From an uncultured Planctomycetales bacterium (GTDB lineage Bacteria > Omnitrophota > Gorgyraeia > Zapsychrales > JAHFFX01), in assembly GCA_964612665.1 (NCBI GenBank), contig CAZTCI010000003.1, positions 128,969 through 192,968 of the forward strand: a stretch of 64,000 nucleotides of DNA. The letters run 5' to 3'. Below the pieces are notes generated by a model. It searched no databases. It worked only from the letters and a program-made list of their open reading frames with translations, and had not been told where the DNA came from. Positions 1 through 11,655 of the stretch are shown here, piece by piece; the stretch's first letter is position 1; every line of letters starts with the position of its first letter. Both the position numbers and the translations under genes were made by a program.

Positions 1-817
1 GGAAAGGAATCGGCAGATCAATCCCCTTAATTTCCTTTAAAATGGCTTTAAACATCCGTTCGGTCAGCGAAAAAACATCTTCTTCTTCGGCGAACGACAT
101 TTCCATATCAATCTGAGTGAATTCCGGCTGACGGTCAGCCCGCAAATCCTCATCGCGGAAACATTTGACGATCTGGTAATATTTATCCATGCCAGAGACC
201 ATCAAGATTTGCTTGAAAAGCTGTGGTGACTGCGGCAGCGCAAAAAATTCACCTGGGCGCAAACGCGAAGGCACCAAAAAATCCCGCGCGCCTTCGGGCG
301 TTGATTTGGTGAGAACCGGTGTTTCAATTTCCATAAAATTTTCTTTGTTAAGAAACTGACGAATGGTGTTACAAAGTTTATGCCGCGTCAAAAACGCTTT
401 GGCAACACTAGGCCGGCGCAAATCCAGATAACGGTATTCTAAACGTAATTCTTCCGACGGATTAACCGCATCATCAATTTCAAAAACCGGCACGAGCGCT
501 GGATTAAGGATTTCGAGTCCCATTGCCAAAAGTTCAATCTCCCCGGTCGAAACATCAGGATTGACATTTTTAGGCGGCCGGACATTGACTTTGCCTGTAA
601 TCTTGACCACAAATTCCGGCCCCAATGTCTGCGCGACTTTATGCGCCTCGGGCGCGACCGACGGCACAAACACAACCTGCGTCATGCCGTAGCGGTCTCG
701 GATATCAATAAAAATCAATTTCCCATGATCCCGCCGGCGGTGAACCCATCCGCACAAAATGACTTCCTGATCTTTATGATCTTTATTAAGTTCTCCGCAA
801 GTATGAGTACGCAGCAT
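1..817 (-). CDS. aspS: Aspartyl-tRNA synthetase, N-terminal part; the gene continues past the window start
   Basis: My own minus-strand translation begins MLRTHTCGELNKDHKDQEVILCGWVHRRRDHGKLIFIDIRDRYG and reaches ...FRDEDLRADRQPEFTQIDMEMSF. These are the AspRS anticodon-binding OB fold and class II motifs. The start lies 17 nt downstream of the hisS stop. Confidence 0.85.
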   Translation of the reverse strand, partial: MLRTHTCGELNKDHKDQEVILCGWVHRRRDHGKLIFIDIRDRYGMTQVVFVPSVAPEAHKVAQTLGPEFVVKITGKVNVRPPKNVNPDVSTGEIELLAMGLEILNPALVPVFEIDDAVNPSEELRLEYRYLDLRRPSVAKAFLTRHKLCNTIRQFLNKENFMEIETPVLTKSTPEGARDFLVPSRLRPGEFFALPQSPQLFKQILMVSGMDKYYQIVKCFRDEDLRADRQPEFTQIDMEMSFAEEEDVFSLTERMFKAILKEIKGIDLPIPF

Positions 818-833
818 GGATGATTCCTTTCAA

Positions 834-2174
834 TTATTTCTTTAACAGATTAATAACTTCGTTTGAGTCAACTTTTTCTTGTGTGCCTGCCTGCATATTT
901 TTTAAAGTAATATAATTATTTTTCAATTCATCTTCCCCAATAATAATAACGCGCCGGGATTGGAGTTTGTCGGCGAGACGCATTTGGCTTTTCATGGAGG
1001 CGCGGTTGTAATTCATTTCCGCGGCAATGCCGTTTGAACGGAGTTGATTAAGCAGTTTGAAAGCTGCTTTGTAAGCGTCGTCTTTTCCTTCTGAATCAAG
1101 CGTTACTATAAAAGCATCCAACCCAGAGGCTTGTTTTTTTTGATCATCGGGCTGGACCAGTAGAATCCGTTCGATGCCTAACGCAAAACCGATCGCGCCG
1201 ATCTCACCTTTGGGATCGCCGCCTAATTCTTGGACCAATCCATTGTAGCGGCCGCCTGCGCCGACGGCATCCTGGCTGCCTAAACCGGCATGGGAAATCT
1301 CAAAAACCGTGTGCGTGTAATAATCAAGCCCGCGGACTAAAAGCGATTCAACTTCAAAGGGAATGTTAAGCAAGGTCAATGCTTCTTTGACTTTGGAAAA
1401 ATACGCCCGGCTTTCCGGCGACAAATGATCTTCGCCCAAAGAAAGCTGGCTCACGACTTTTTTGCAGGATTCATTCTTACAATCCAAAATTCGAAAGACA
1501 TTGCGTTCAAATCGGTCCTGACAATCTTGGCAGAGTTTCGATAGATCATTGCACAAACGATCGCGCAAAATAACGGAAAGATTATTTTTATCGTCTTTAG
1601 TGCCGAGACTGTTGATTTTTAATTTATAGCCACTTAATCCAAAAGCGTTTAATAAACGAACGCTTAAGGCGATCACTTCGGCATCGAGGTAAGGTGAAAA
1701 TGATTCGGGGCCGATCGCTTCGACACCAATCTGGTGGAATTGGCGCAGACGTCCTTTTTGCGGGCGTTCACCGCGGAACATCGGGCCGATGTAGTAGAAT
1801 TTGGAAAGACCTTCTTTATGAGCAAAACTGTTTTGAATGTAGGAACGAACGATTGAGGCGGTGCCTTCGGGGCGAAGCGACAGGCCGTCGCGGGCCTCGG
1901 CGCTTTCCGTTGAATCGCCGGCGCCGAGGCCCGTCGCCATTTTCGCCGCCGCAGCGCCAGCTAAATTCAACATCTGCTTCTGCACAACATCACTAGTCGT
2001 CCCCAACGACCGCGCAAACAGCGCCGTTTCTTCAAAATAAGGCGTGCGGATTTCTTTATAGCCGTAATTTTTGAGAATAGTATGCGCGTCCGATTCGATA
2101 TTATGCCAACGTGAAATTTCTTCCGGCAAAATATCATTGGTACCGCGAGGATTATTATATTTCTTAGAGGTCAT
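834..2174 (-). CDS. hisS: Histidyl-tRNA synthetase with an Ala/Gly-rich insertion
   Basis: Full-length HisRS similarity is seen in LRPEGTAS and GPMFRGERPQKGRLRQFHQIG. An extra segment of about 25 aa, NLAGAAAAKMATGLGAGDSTESAEARDG, is encoded by a GC-rich stretch. Confidence 0.9.
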   Translation of the reverse strand: MTSKKYNNPRGTNDILPEEISRWHNIESDAHTILKNYGYKEIRTPYFEETALFARSLGTTSDVVQKQMLNLAGAAAAKMATGLGAGDSTESAEARDGLSLRPEGTASIVRSYIQNSFAHKEGLSKFYYIGPMFRGERPQKGRLRQFHQIGVEAIGPESFSPYLDAEVIALSVRLLNAFGLSGYKLKINSLGTKDDKNNLSVILRDRLCNDLSKLCQDCQDRFERNVFRILDCKNESCKKVVSQLSLGEDHLSPESRAYFSKVKEALTLLNIPFEVESLLVRGLDYYTHTVFEISHAGLGSQDAVGAGGRYNGLVQELGGDPKGEIGAIGFALGIERILLVQPDDQKKQASGLDAFIVTLDSEGKDDAYKAAFKLLNQLRSNGIAAEMNYNRASMKSQMRLADKLQSRRVIIIGEDELKNNYITLKNMQAGTQEKVDSNEVINLLKK

Positions 2175-2259
2175 ATATGAAATCTTTATAACGATAAAGC
2201 GGAGACAAACTTAAATTTATCTCCGCCTTAGAAAATTTCCATAAAAAACCGCCCAAGGT

Positions 2260-2538
2260 CTATTTGATTTTATATTTCATCTCCAAGCCAGGCTTGAAGA
2301 CAACGACTTTGCGCGGGGGAACCGGAACACTGGCGCCGGTCCTGGGATTTCTTCCAAACCGGGCGCGGCGTTCTTTGATCTTGAAAACACCGAAGTTACG
2401 AAGCTCAACTTTTTCGGAACGGGCCAGACTTTCCACAATCACATCAAAAGTCTTTTGCACGATCTTTTTGACATCAACTTGTTTGATGCCCGTCATATCG
2501 GTGATTTTCAAGACTATATCTTTCTTAGTCATGGTCAT
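2260..2538 (-). CDS. hup: DNA-binding protein HU/IHF family
   Basis: The 92-aa product has the HU fold signature: RNFGVFKIKERRARFGRNPRTGASVPVPPRKVVVFKPG. Confidence 0.85.
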   Translation of the reverse strand: MTMTKKDIVLKITDMTGIKQVDVKKIVQKTFDVIVESLARSEKVELRNFGVFKIKERRARFGRNPRTGASVPVPPRKVVVFKPGLEMKYKIK

Positions 2539-2668
2539 ATGTTTGCTCCCTTTTTAGCAGTCAAAACCAAGAACTCGGTTTCGGATCTGACCTTTTTTAA
2601 CTTAAAATTGCTGATTGACATTTATGGAAAATGCCGCAAAAAAGATTTCTCTACGGTATGACGTAAAC

Positions 2669-2698
2669 ATAGTATCAACAAGCTCTTAGAGTGTCAAG
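2669..2698 (-). promoter_or_regulatory. Putative sigma70 promoter for hup
   Basis: On the minus strand the sequence reads TTGACA, an 18-nt spacer, then TACTAT. An AAGGGAG Shine-Dalgarno lies before the hup ATG. Confidence 0.35.
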
Positions 2699-2738
2699 CA
2701 ATTTATCTGCCGTCGGAGGTACGTTATTTAAAAAATCT

Positions 2739-5700
2739 TTAAATCGTCAATGAAAACCGGTCTTCTCCCACCAACTCTTTTAATTCGGTCATCAATACTT
2801 CACCCGGTTCAACAAAAAGATCTTCACCGACTAAAATTTGTACGCTTTTATAAGCTTTGGTATTTAAACGCAAATAAACCGGCACTTTCCCCGGAAATTT
2901 CGTTAATTTTTCTTTAAGCGCTGTTAAACCTTTTTCATTCAAGTTGGATAAATCCACATTAATCGATTTGATCGCCCGATAAACTTCATCAATCGGTTTC
3001 ATGTCGCTGGCGACAAGTTTGGCCGCCTCTTCGCGGAATCCAACTTTACCTTTTAAAACCACTACGTCTCCCTCCTTTAACATGGGAGCGAGCGTTGGGT
3101 AAGATGACGGGAAGACAACGACTTCTACTTCCCCATCAAGATCTTCAATTTTAAAAATGGCCATGCGTTCATTGGTTTTCTTGGTGACGGTAAGTTTAAC
3201 CATGCTGATTAAGCCCACAATCTTAACTTCTTGACCATCAATCGCTTTTTTTAAATCCTTCGTCGAGTAATCACTGAATTCTTTCGCCTCAGCCCGGTAA
3301 TGCACCAAAGGATGCCCGCTCACATAAAATCCTAACAATTCTTTCTCGTAAGATAAAATTTCTTTCTTGGGCCATTCCTTAATATCGGGTAAAGTTTCCT
3401 GGCCCTGTTGAAACCCTTCAAATCCACCTTCGGGGCCCGCATCAAAAAACGAGAATTGTCCGACGGCCTTTTCTTTCTGCTGCCGCGCGCCCATTTCTAA
3501 AGCTTTCTCAGCGCAAGCCATCATTTGCGAACGCAACGCCTTAAAACAATCAAACGCGCCACATTTAATCAAACTTTCAACCACCTTCCGATTGGCGACC
3601 CGCAAATCGACACGGTTACAAAAATCAAAAATCGATGCAAACGGCCCATTGGTTTTCCGGTTTTCAGCAATCGATTCAATCGCCGTTAGCCCGACATTCT
3701 TAACCGCTAAAAGTCCAAATCGAATTGTCTTTTGATCGACAACGCTAAACTGCGCGACACTTTCATTCACATCCGGCGGCAAAACCTGGATGCCGATCGC
3801 TTCGCATTCCTTAACATATTCCACAATCTTATCGGTGTTATCTTTTTCACTGGTGAGTAACGCGCACATAAATTCAACCGGATAATTCGCCTTCAAATAC
3901 GCTGTCCGGTAAGTGATGAGCGCGTAAGCGGCCGAATGACTGCGGTTAAAACCATAACCAGAGAAATAATCAATCAAATCAAAAAGCTTGTTGCTCATTT
4001 CTTCTTTCATGTGGCTGGTCTTCTTACAGCCTTCCACAAAATCTTTGCGTACTTTTTCCATCTCTTCGGGATTCTTTTTACTCATCGCCCGACGGAGATG
4101 ATCGGCTTGCGTCATGGTAAAACCTGCCAAGCTGGATGCGATTTGCATGACCTGCTCTTGATAAATGATAATGCCGTAGGTGTCTTTGAGAATCGGTTCG
4201 AGTTTTGGATGGTCGTACTTGACGGGAATTTCACCGCGCTTACGCTTACTAAAATCATCCAACATCCCGCTTCCGATCGGCCCGGGGCGGTAAAGTGCTA
4301 GAATGGAAATAATATCTTCAAATTGATTCGGCCGCACCCGCTTTAAAAGATCGCGCATCCCTCCGCTTTCCAACTGGAAAATTCCAAAACTATTGGCCTG
4401 ACCCAACAGGTCGTAAGTTTTTTTATCTTCCAAAGAAACTTTATTGATATCAACATCCATGCCACGCGTCTTTTTAATGAGCTTCACCGTTTCACTAATA
4501 ACGGTCAAAGTCCTTAAGCCCAAGAAATCCATCTTGAGAAGACCAATTTTGGCAATGCCGTCCATGGAAAAGCCGGTTGTGATTTGATCGTCGGAGGTTT
4601 TAAAAAGCGGAACGTATTCAGTTAAAGCTTTGTCAGCGATGACAACACCGGCGGCATGGATTGAGGCGTGGCGGGAAAGTCCTTCGAGAACTTTGGCGGT
4701 TTCGATGATCTGGGCGGCGTTTTGATCTTGTTCGCAAAGTTGCCGCAATTGCGGTTCAATTTTTAAAGCGTCTTCAAGTGTAATATTGGGGTCACCTGGA
4801 ATCATTTTGGCAATTTTATCAACATCCGCATAAGTGACGCCCATGACGCGGCCGACGTCGCGAATGGCGGCGCGGGCCTGCATACTTCCAAAGGTAATGA
4901 TTTGCGCGACGTTGTCTTTGCCATATTTCTTGGTTACATATTCAATGACTTCGCCGCGGCGTTCGAAACAAAAATCAATATCAATATCCGGCATGCTGAT
5001 ACGTTCGGGATTTAAAAACCGTTCAAACAAAAGCCCATATTTTAATGGATCAAGGTCTGTGATTCCTAAAAGATAACTTACCAAACTCCCGGCTGCTGAT
5101 CCACGGCCAGGCCCGACGGGAATTCCGTTTTGCTTAGCATAATGAATAAAATCCCACACAATCAAAAAGTAACTAATAAAACCCATTTTTTCGATTGTCT
5201 TGAGTTCATGCTCAAGCCGGGCCTCTAGTTCAGGGGTCATTCTTTCGTAACGTTCTTTAAACCCTTCCTGACAGAGCTCCCGTAAAAATTCTTCTTTGGT
5301 TTTTCCGACGGGCGTTTCATAACGCGGCAGGTGAAATTTGTTGAATTGCAATTCGAGATTACATTTGTCCGCAATCTCAAGGGTGTTACGGATCGCCTCA
5401 GGCGCGTAACTAAAGGCCTGCTTCATGACTTCCGGATCTTTAAAATAAAATTGATCCGTTTTAAGCCGCATGCGGTTGGGATCATTAAGAAAGGTCTGGG
5501 TTTGAATGCACAAAAGCGCTTCGTGGGCGGTGAAATATGATTGTTCGAGATAATGAACGTCGTTGGTGGCGACAAGCGGCAGGTTTAAATCTTTGGAAAT
5601 TTTAAGCAGGCCTTCATTGACGATTTTCTGGTCGGGAATCCCGTTTTCCATCAATTCCAAATAAAAATTCCCTTTGCCGAAGATTTGGTGGTATTCGTCG

Positions 5701-6209
5701 GCGGCTTTAAGTGCGGCGTTGTAATTGTTGTGGCGGATATTCCAGGCCACTTCGCCGCGAAGACAAGCTGATGTCGCCAGCAATCCTTCTGCATACTGCG
5801 CGAGAATGCTTTTATCCATACGGGGCTTGTAATAAAATCCCTCGAGATAACCAAGCGAAACCAGTTTCATTAAATTCCGGTAACCGGTTTCATCCCGCAC
5901 AAATAAAACTAAATGAGAAATTCCGCCTTGATCGGTCGTTTTATCAAAACGGCTTTTGGGGGCGACGTAAGCTTCGCAGCCAATAATTGGTTTAACGCCT
6001 AATTTAATTGCTGTCTGATAAAAATCGATGGCGCCAAACATATTCCCATGATCGGTCATGCCGAGTGCGGGCATTTTATAGGCGGCGGCTTTTTGGATGA
6101 GTTCTTTAATACGACAGGCGCCATCCAGAAGGCTGTATTGGGTGTGAACGTGGAGGTGGACGAAATCGGAGTGATACATCTTTTTAAAATCCCAATAGAC
6201 AAATTCCAA
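2739..6209 (-). CDS. dnaE: DNA polymerase III alpha subunit
   Basis: The 1156-aa product has a PHP domain (HLHVHTQYSLLDG), a polymerase core and an OB domain. The true start may be the internal MYHSDF. Confidence 0.95.
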   Translation of the reverse strand: MEFVYWDFKKMYHSDFVHLHVHTQYSLLDGACRIKELIQKAAAYKMPALGMTDHGNMFGAIDFYQTAIKLGVKPIIGCEAYVAPKSRFDKTTDQGGISHLVLFVRDETGYRNLMKLVSLGYLEGFYYKPRMDKSILAQYAEGLLATSACLRGEVAWNIRHNNYNAALKAADEYHQIFGKGNFYLELMENGIPDQKIVNEGLLKISKDLNLPLVATNDVHYLEQSYFTAHEALLCIQTQTFLNDPNRMRLKTDQFYFKDPEVMKQAFSYAPEAIRNTLEIADKCNLELQFNKFHLPRYETPVGKTKEEFLRELCQEGFKERYERMTPELEARLEHELKTIEKMGFISYFLIVWDFIHYAKQNGIPVGPGRGSAAGSLVSYLLGITDLDPLKYGLLFERFLNPERISMPDIDIDFCFERRGEVIEYVTKKYGKDNVAQIITFGSMQARAAIRDVGRVMGVTYADVDKIAKMIPGDPNITLEDALKIEPQLRQLCEQDQNAAQIIETAKVLEGLSRHASIHAAGVVIADKALTEYVPLFKTSDDQITTGFSMDGIAKIGLLKMDFLGLRTLTVISETVKLIKKTRGMDVDINKVSLEDKKTYDLLGQANSFGIFQLESGGMRDLLKRVRPNQFEDIISILALYRPGPIGSGMLDDFSKRKRGEIPVKYDHPKLEPILKDTYGIIIYQEQVMQIASSLAGFTMTQADHLRRAMSKKNPEEMEKVRKDFVEGCKKTSHMKEEMSNKLFDLIDYFSGYGFNRSHSAAYALITYRTAYLKANYPVEFMCALLTSEKDNTDKIVEYVKECEAIGIQVLPPDVNESVAQFSVVDQKTIRFGLLAVKNVGLTAIESIAENRKTNGPFASIFDFCNRVDLRVANRKVVESLIKCGAFDCFKALRSQMMACAEKALEMGARQQKEKAVGQFSFFDAGPEGGFEGFQQGQETLPDIKEWPKKEILSYEKELLGFYVSGHPLVHYRAEAKEFSDYSTKDLKKAIDGQEVKIVGLISMVKLTVTKKTNERMAIFKIEDLDGEVEVVVFPSSYPTLAPMLKEGDVVVLKGKVGFREEAAKLVASDMKPIDEVYRAIKSINVDLSNLNEKGLTALKEKLTKFPGKVPVYLRLNTKAYKSVQILVGEDLFVEPGEVLMTELKELVGEDRFSLTI

Positions 6210-6330
6210 ATCACAAATAATTCCAAATTACAATACCAAAATTCAAAACGAATTCAATCTATTTTCAGTTTGGAATTTGATAATTGTATATTGTTTGTAA
6301 TTTGGTGCTTGTGTATTGGAAATTATAAAG
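6181..6330. repeat. CAAAT/ATTTG-rich imperfect palindromic intergenic element, copy A
   Basis: The left half, caaattccaaatcacaaataattccaaattacaataccaaaattc, is mirrored by gtttggaatttgataattgtatattgtttgtaatttggtgcttg. Copy A closely resembles the element at 16200-16350, sharing atttgataattg.a.atttgtttg..atttgg. Confidence 0.5.
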
Positions 6331-6331
6331 A

Positions 6332-8023
6332 TTATTCCCACTCAATTGTAGCTGGCGGTTTGGAGCTGACATCATATACGACACGGTTGACACCGGCCAC
6401 TTCGTTGATAATGCGGTTGGCGATTTTGCCTAAGATATCATAAGGAAGCTGAACCCAGTCGGCGGTCATGCCGTCGATCGAGTTGACGCAGCGGATGGCA
6501 ATGACATTTTCATAGGTTCGCTGGTCGCCCATGACACCGACGGTCTTAAAAGGCAGCAAAACTGCGAACGATTGCCAAATATCATTATAGAGATTTGATT
6601 TTTTAATTTCCTCTAAAACAATTTCATCAGCCTCGCGCAGCATTTCCAAACGTTCTTTAGTCAATTCGCCAATGATGCGAATCGCCAATCCCGGCCCGGG
6701 AAACGGCTGGCGCTTTAAAATATTCTCGGGCATGTTTAGAATCTTGCCAATGACCCGTACTTCATCTTTAAAAAGTTCGCGCAGCGGTTCAACTAGTTTC
6801 ATCTTCATTATTTTCGGAAGCCCACCCACATTATGATGGCTTTTGATCACAACCGATGGTCCGCCGATCGGAGAAAAAGATTCAATGACATCCGGATATA
6901 ACGTCCCTTGTCCTAAGAAATCAGCGCCCTTAATTTTATGCGCGGCGTCTTGAAACACTTTCACAAATTCATCACCGATCGTTTTACGTTTTTCTTCCGG
7001 ATCAGAAACACCCTTGAGCCGGTTTAAAAAGCGGTCTTGCGCGTCGACAGTATGGAGATTCATATTAAAGTGGCCTTTAAAAGTCTTCTGCACACTCGCC
7101 ACTTCATTTTTACGCAACAATCCATTGTCAACGAATATACAATGCAAACGGTTGCCAATGGCCTTTTGAATAATAGCCGCCGCGACGGCGGAATCAACGC
7201 CACCACTTAATCCTAAAACGACTTTACCGGTATTACCGACGTTTTCATTGATCTCTTTCACTGCAGCGTGGACAAATTTATCCATAGTCCAGCGCGGCAG
7301 GCATCCGCAGATTTGAAAAAGAAAATTAGCGATGATCTGATTACCACGTTGCGTGTGTACGACTTCAGGATGAAATTGAACGCCATATATCTTTTTATGA
7401 CGGTTAGCAATCGCGGCGATGGGGGCATTTAAGGTATGAGCAATTTTTATGAAGCCAGCAGGCATTTTCTTTATTGCATCCCCATGGCTCATCCAGCAGG
7501 TTAAATTCGTCGGGAGATTAAGAAAAAGATCTTTGTTGCTATCAATAAAAAGCTCGGCGCGGCCGAATTCACGCTCCTTACTTTTTTCAACGCTGCCGTC
7601 AAAAAGATGTGTGATCGCCTGCATGCCGTAGCAAACACCAAGAATAGGTTTGTTTAATTTAAAAAGTTCTTTGCGGGGTAAAGGCGCACCTTTGTCATAA
7701 ACACTCATCGGTCCGCCCGAGAAAATCAATCCTTTCGGGTTGATCGCCAAGACTTCTTCAGGAGTAATATTATAGGGAACAATCTTACTATAAACTTTAT
7801 TTTCCCGTACCCGACGGGCAATCAACTGAGTATATTGAGAACCAAAATCTAAGACAAGAATAACATCTTTAACACGGTTGGAAGTTGTACTAACTGAGGC
7901 CTTATGCATAAGACCTTTTCGAAGAGTAGAAAATCCTTTTTTGAAGAATTTCTTTGGTTTGTGAATTTTACGCAGGGGTCTTGGGGAAAATTTTTTTACT
8001 TTCTTGACGGATTTTTTCTTCAT
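6332..8023 (-). CDS. guaA: GMP synthase (glutamine-hydrolysing) with a Lys-rich N-terminal extension or a mis-called start
   Basis: GATase (GVCYGMQ), the ATP-PPase SGGVDS motif and the C-terminal dimerisation domain are present. The first ~38 aa, [29 protein letters not shown], are non-canonical, and MHKASV is an alternative start. Confidence 0.9.
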   Translation of the reverse strand: MKKKSVKKVKKFSPRPLRKIHKPKKFFKKGFSTLRKGLMHKASVSTTSNRVKDVILVLDFGSQYTQLIARRVRENKVYSKIVPYNITPEEVLAINPKGLIFSGGPMSVYDKGAPLPRKELFKLNKPILGVCYGMQAITHLFDGSVEKSKEREFGRAELFIDSNKDLFLNLPTNLTCWMSHGDAIKKMPAGFIKIAHTLNAPIAAIANRHKKIYGVQFHPEVVHTQRGNQIIANFLFQICGCLPRWTMDKFVHAAVKEINENVGNTGKVVLGLSGGVDSAVAAAIIQKAIGNRLHCIFVDNGLLRKNEVASVQKTFKGHFNMNLHTVDAQDRFLNRLKGVSDPEEKRKTIGDEFVKVFQDAAHKIKGADFLGQGTLYPDVIESFSPIGGPSVVIKSHHNVGGLPKIMKMKLVEPLRELFKDEVRVIGKILNMPENILKRQPFPGPGLAIRIIGELTKERLEMLREADEIVLEEIKKSNLYNDIWQSFAVLLPFKTVGVMGDQRTYENVIAIRCVNSIDGMTADWVQLPYDILGKIANRIINEVAGVNRVVYDVSSKPPATIEWE

Positions 8024-8090
8024 AGTTTCATCTTTGTAATGGGTTAACCTTATGAGCGCATTTTAAGTTCTAAACTGTTTGTCATTCGCA

Positions 8091-9251
8091 TTACTTTCCC
8101 ATCCCCACGCGTTGGCCGACCTGAAAGACCTTCCCTTCAGTTTGGATGGAAGGCGCGATAATTATTTCCACATCATGCATTTGTCTTATGTTTGAAGCGC
8201 CCAATGATCCCATTGAGGTGCGTAAAGCTCCCACTAAATTTTGAGATCCGTCATCAACTTGAGCAGGGCCGAAAAGAATTTCTTTAAGAGTTCCGGTTGT
8301 TCCGACCCGAATGCGCGTGCCTCTGGGTAAATTGGCATGCGAGGTCGCCATTCCCCAATGATAACCTTTGCCAGGAGCTTCTTTGGCCTTGGCAAAAGCT
8401 GAACCGACCATTACCGCATCAGCACCCGCCGCAAAGGCCTTACAGATTTCTCCACCAATCCGCATGCCCCCGTCGGTAATAATTGGAATATACTTTCCTT
8501 GTTTTTTATAAAAATAATCACGAGCCGCACCCGCATCAACTGTCGAGGTTATTTGCGGGACACCGATCCCCAGGACACCGCGTGTTGTGCAGGCGGCACC
8601 AGGGCCAATGCCAACTAAAAGCGCTGAGGCTCCGGCTTCCATTAATTCAAGTGAAACATCATAAGTAACACAATTGCCAATGATGACGGGGATTTTTAAT
8701 TCCTGGCAAAATTTGGCAATGTCTAAGGCTTTATATTCAGTAGCGATATGTTTGATTGTGGCCACGGTTGACTGCATAACAAAAATATCACAGCCCGCTT
8801 CTTGGGCTATTTCTGCAAACCGTTTGGCATTTTGAGGAATACAACTGACAATGGAAGGAACTTTTTTTGATTTGATTTCTTTAATACGCTTAGCAATTAA
8901 TTTTTCTTTGACGGGTTTGAGGTAAACGCTTTGAAGAAGTTTGGTGGCTTCTTCAGGTGTGGCATGAGCAATTTCGGTTAGTACTTCATCGGGATTTTCA
9001 TAACGGGTTTGAATACCATCGAGATTTAAAACCGCCATGGCACCTAACTGTCCCATGGCAACAGCAAAATCAACATTAACAACGCCATCCATCCCTGAAG
9101 CGAGGATTGGAATATCAAATTTTTTATCACCGATGGCCCAGCTTATATCAACTTCATTGGGATTAACTGTAACACGTCCAGGTACAAGTGCTATTTCATC
9201 AAAACCATAACAGCGTCGTGCGCGGCGCCCGATTCCAATCCACTCCGCCAT
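8091..9251 (-). CDS. IMP dehydrogenase / GMP reductase family protein, short form without the CBS pair
   Basis: The 386-aa product has a TIM barrel with the active-site loop [11 protein letters not shown] and lies adjacent to guaA. Confidence 0.7.
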   Translation of the reverse strand: MAEWIGIGRRARRCYGFDEIALVPGRVTVNPNEVDISWAIGDKKFDIPILASGMDGVVNVDFAVAMGQLGAMAVLNLDGIQTRYENPDEVLTEIAHATPEEATKLLQSVYLKPVKEKLIAKRIKEIKSKKVPSIVSCIPQNAKRFAEIAQEAGCDIFVMQSTVATIKHIATEYKALDIAKFCQELKIPVIIGNCVTYDVSLELMEAGASALLVGIGPGAACTTRGVLGIGVPQITSTVDAGAARDYFYKKQGKYIPIITDGGMRIGGEICKAFAAGADAVMVGSAFAKAKEAPGKGYHWGMATSHANLPRGTRIRVGTTGTLKEILFGPAQVDDGSQNLVGALRTSMGSLGASNIRQMHDVEIIIAPSIQTEGKVFQVGQRVGMGK

Positions 9252-9340
9252 ACAAAGAACCTCCAGCTTTTTTCAAAAAATTGCTAAAGAAGTAAAAAAT
9301 AATTAGCAATAATATAAAGAGTTTAAAGTCAAATGTCAAC

Positions 9341-9372
9341 AATAAAAACAAAAGCCCCGTCTAGAACGGGGC
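9341..9372 (-). terminator. Rho-independent terminator after groEL
   Basis: On the minus strand, the hairpin gccccgttctagacggggc is followed by TTTTGTTTTTATT. Confidence 0.5.
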
Positions 9373-9417
9373 GTTTGTTTCTTCTTAACTCCAAGAGCAA
9401 TAAATACTTCCAACCAA

Positions 9418-11064
<1,647 letters not shown>

Positions 11065-11164
11065 TTATATCCTCCTTGAGTGAGTCTTCGCGAGTTTTAA
11101 GGGCTTAGCGGGCACCTTCACTTCGCTTTAGAATGAATTCTAATATAAAAATTTACAATGCCTC

Positions 11165-11455
11165 TTATTTAATCACCGCCAAAACGTCTTCTTCTCTCAT
11201 AATTAAAAGCTCATCACCCTCTTTAGTTGTAATCTCATTACCGCTGTATTTTCCGTAGAGGATTCTGTCGCCTACTTTAACTTCCAAAGGTTGGAGCTGG
11301 CCGTTTTCCATATATTTTCCTTTGCCAACGGCAACGATTTTGCCTTCTTGAGGTTTTTCCTTGGCTGTGTCAGGTAAAACAATGCCGCCCTTAGTCTTTT
11401 CTTCGGCTTCCAAGGGTTTTACAACAATTCGATCTCCTAGCGGTTTAATATCCAC
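11165..11455 (-). CDS. groS: Co-chaperonin GroES
   Basis: The 96-aa product begins [29 protein letters not shown]. Confidence 0.95.
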   Translation of the reverse strand: MDIKPLGDRIVVKPLEAEEKTKGGIVLPDTAKEKPQEGKIVAVGKGKYMENGQLQPLEVKVGDRILYGKYSGNEITTKEGDELLIMREEDVLAVIK

Positions 11456-11526
11456 TTTGGCACCTCCTTTTAAAATTTTTCTTTGTATGGTTTATAGTTT
11501 GATTGGTTATTTTGCTCTTTTTCTAC

Positions 11527-11553
11527 TTAGCACTAAATCTATGGGAGTGCTAA
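11527..11553 (-). promoter_or_regulatory. CIRCE operator (HrcA binding site) upstream of groES
   Basis: The sequence TTAGCACTAAATCTATGGGAGTGCTAA matches the consensus TTAGCACTC-N9-GAGTGCTAA with one mismatch. An isolated half-site, TTAGCACTC, sits at about 11610-11618. Confidence 0.8.
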
Positions 11554-11580
11554 TATATAAATTAAAATTTTTTTTGTCAA
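11552..11580 (-). promoter_or_regulatory. Putative sigma70 promoter for groESL, abutting CIRCE
   Basis: On the minus strand the sequence is TTGACA, then aaaaaaaattttaattt, then (T)ATATAT. CIRCE follows immediately. Confidence 0.4.
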
Positions 11581-11655
11581 GATTTTTTTGTGTACAAAAA
11601 ACCAATTTCTTAGCACTCGTCGCAAAAAGCGCAAAAAACTACTTTCCAATTTTTA

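Noticed and set aside
1694-1996. Plus-strand 100-aa ORF (Arg/Gly/Pro-rich) inside hisS
   Set aside because: It is antisense to a well-conserved HisRS frame. It arises from the GC-rich insertion, and no start or Shine-Dalgarno context supports it.
3936-4301. Plus-strand ORFs antisense to dnaE, groEL, accC, pfk and others (for example 3936-4301, 10007-10393, 34809-35069, 32317-32901)
   Set aside because: Each lies wholly within a strongly conserved minus-strand gene. They are typical shadow ORFs.
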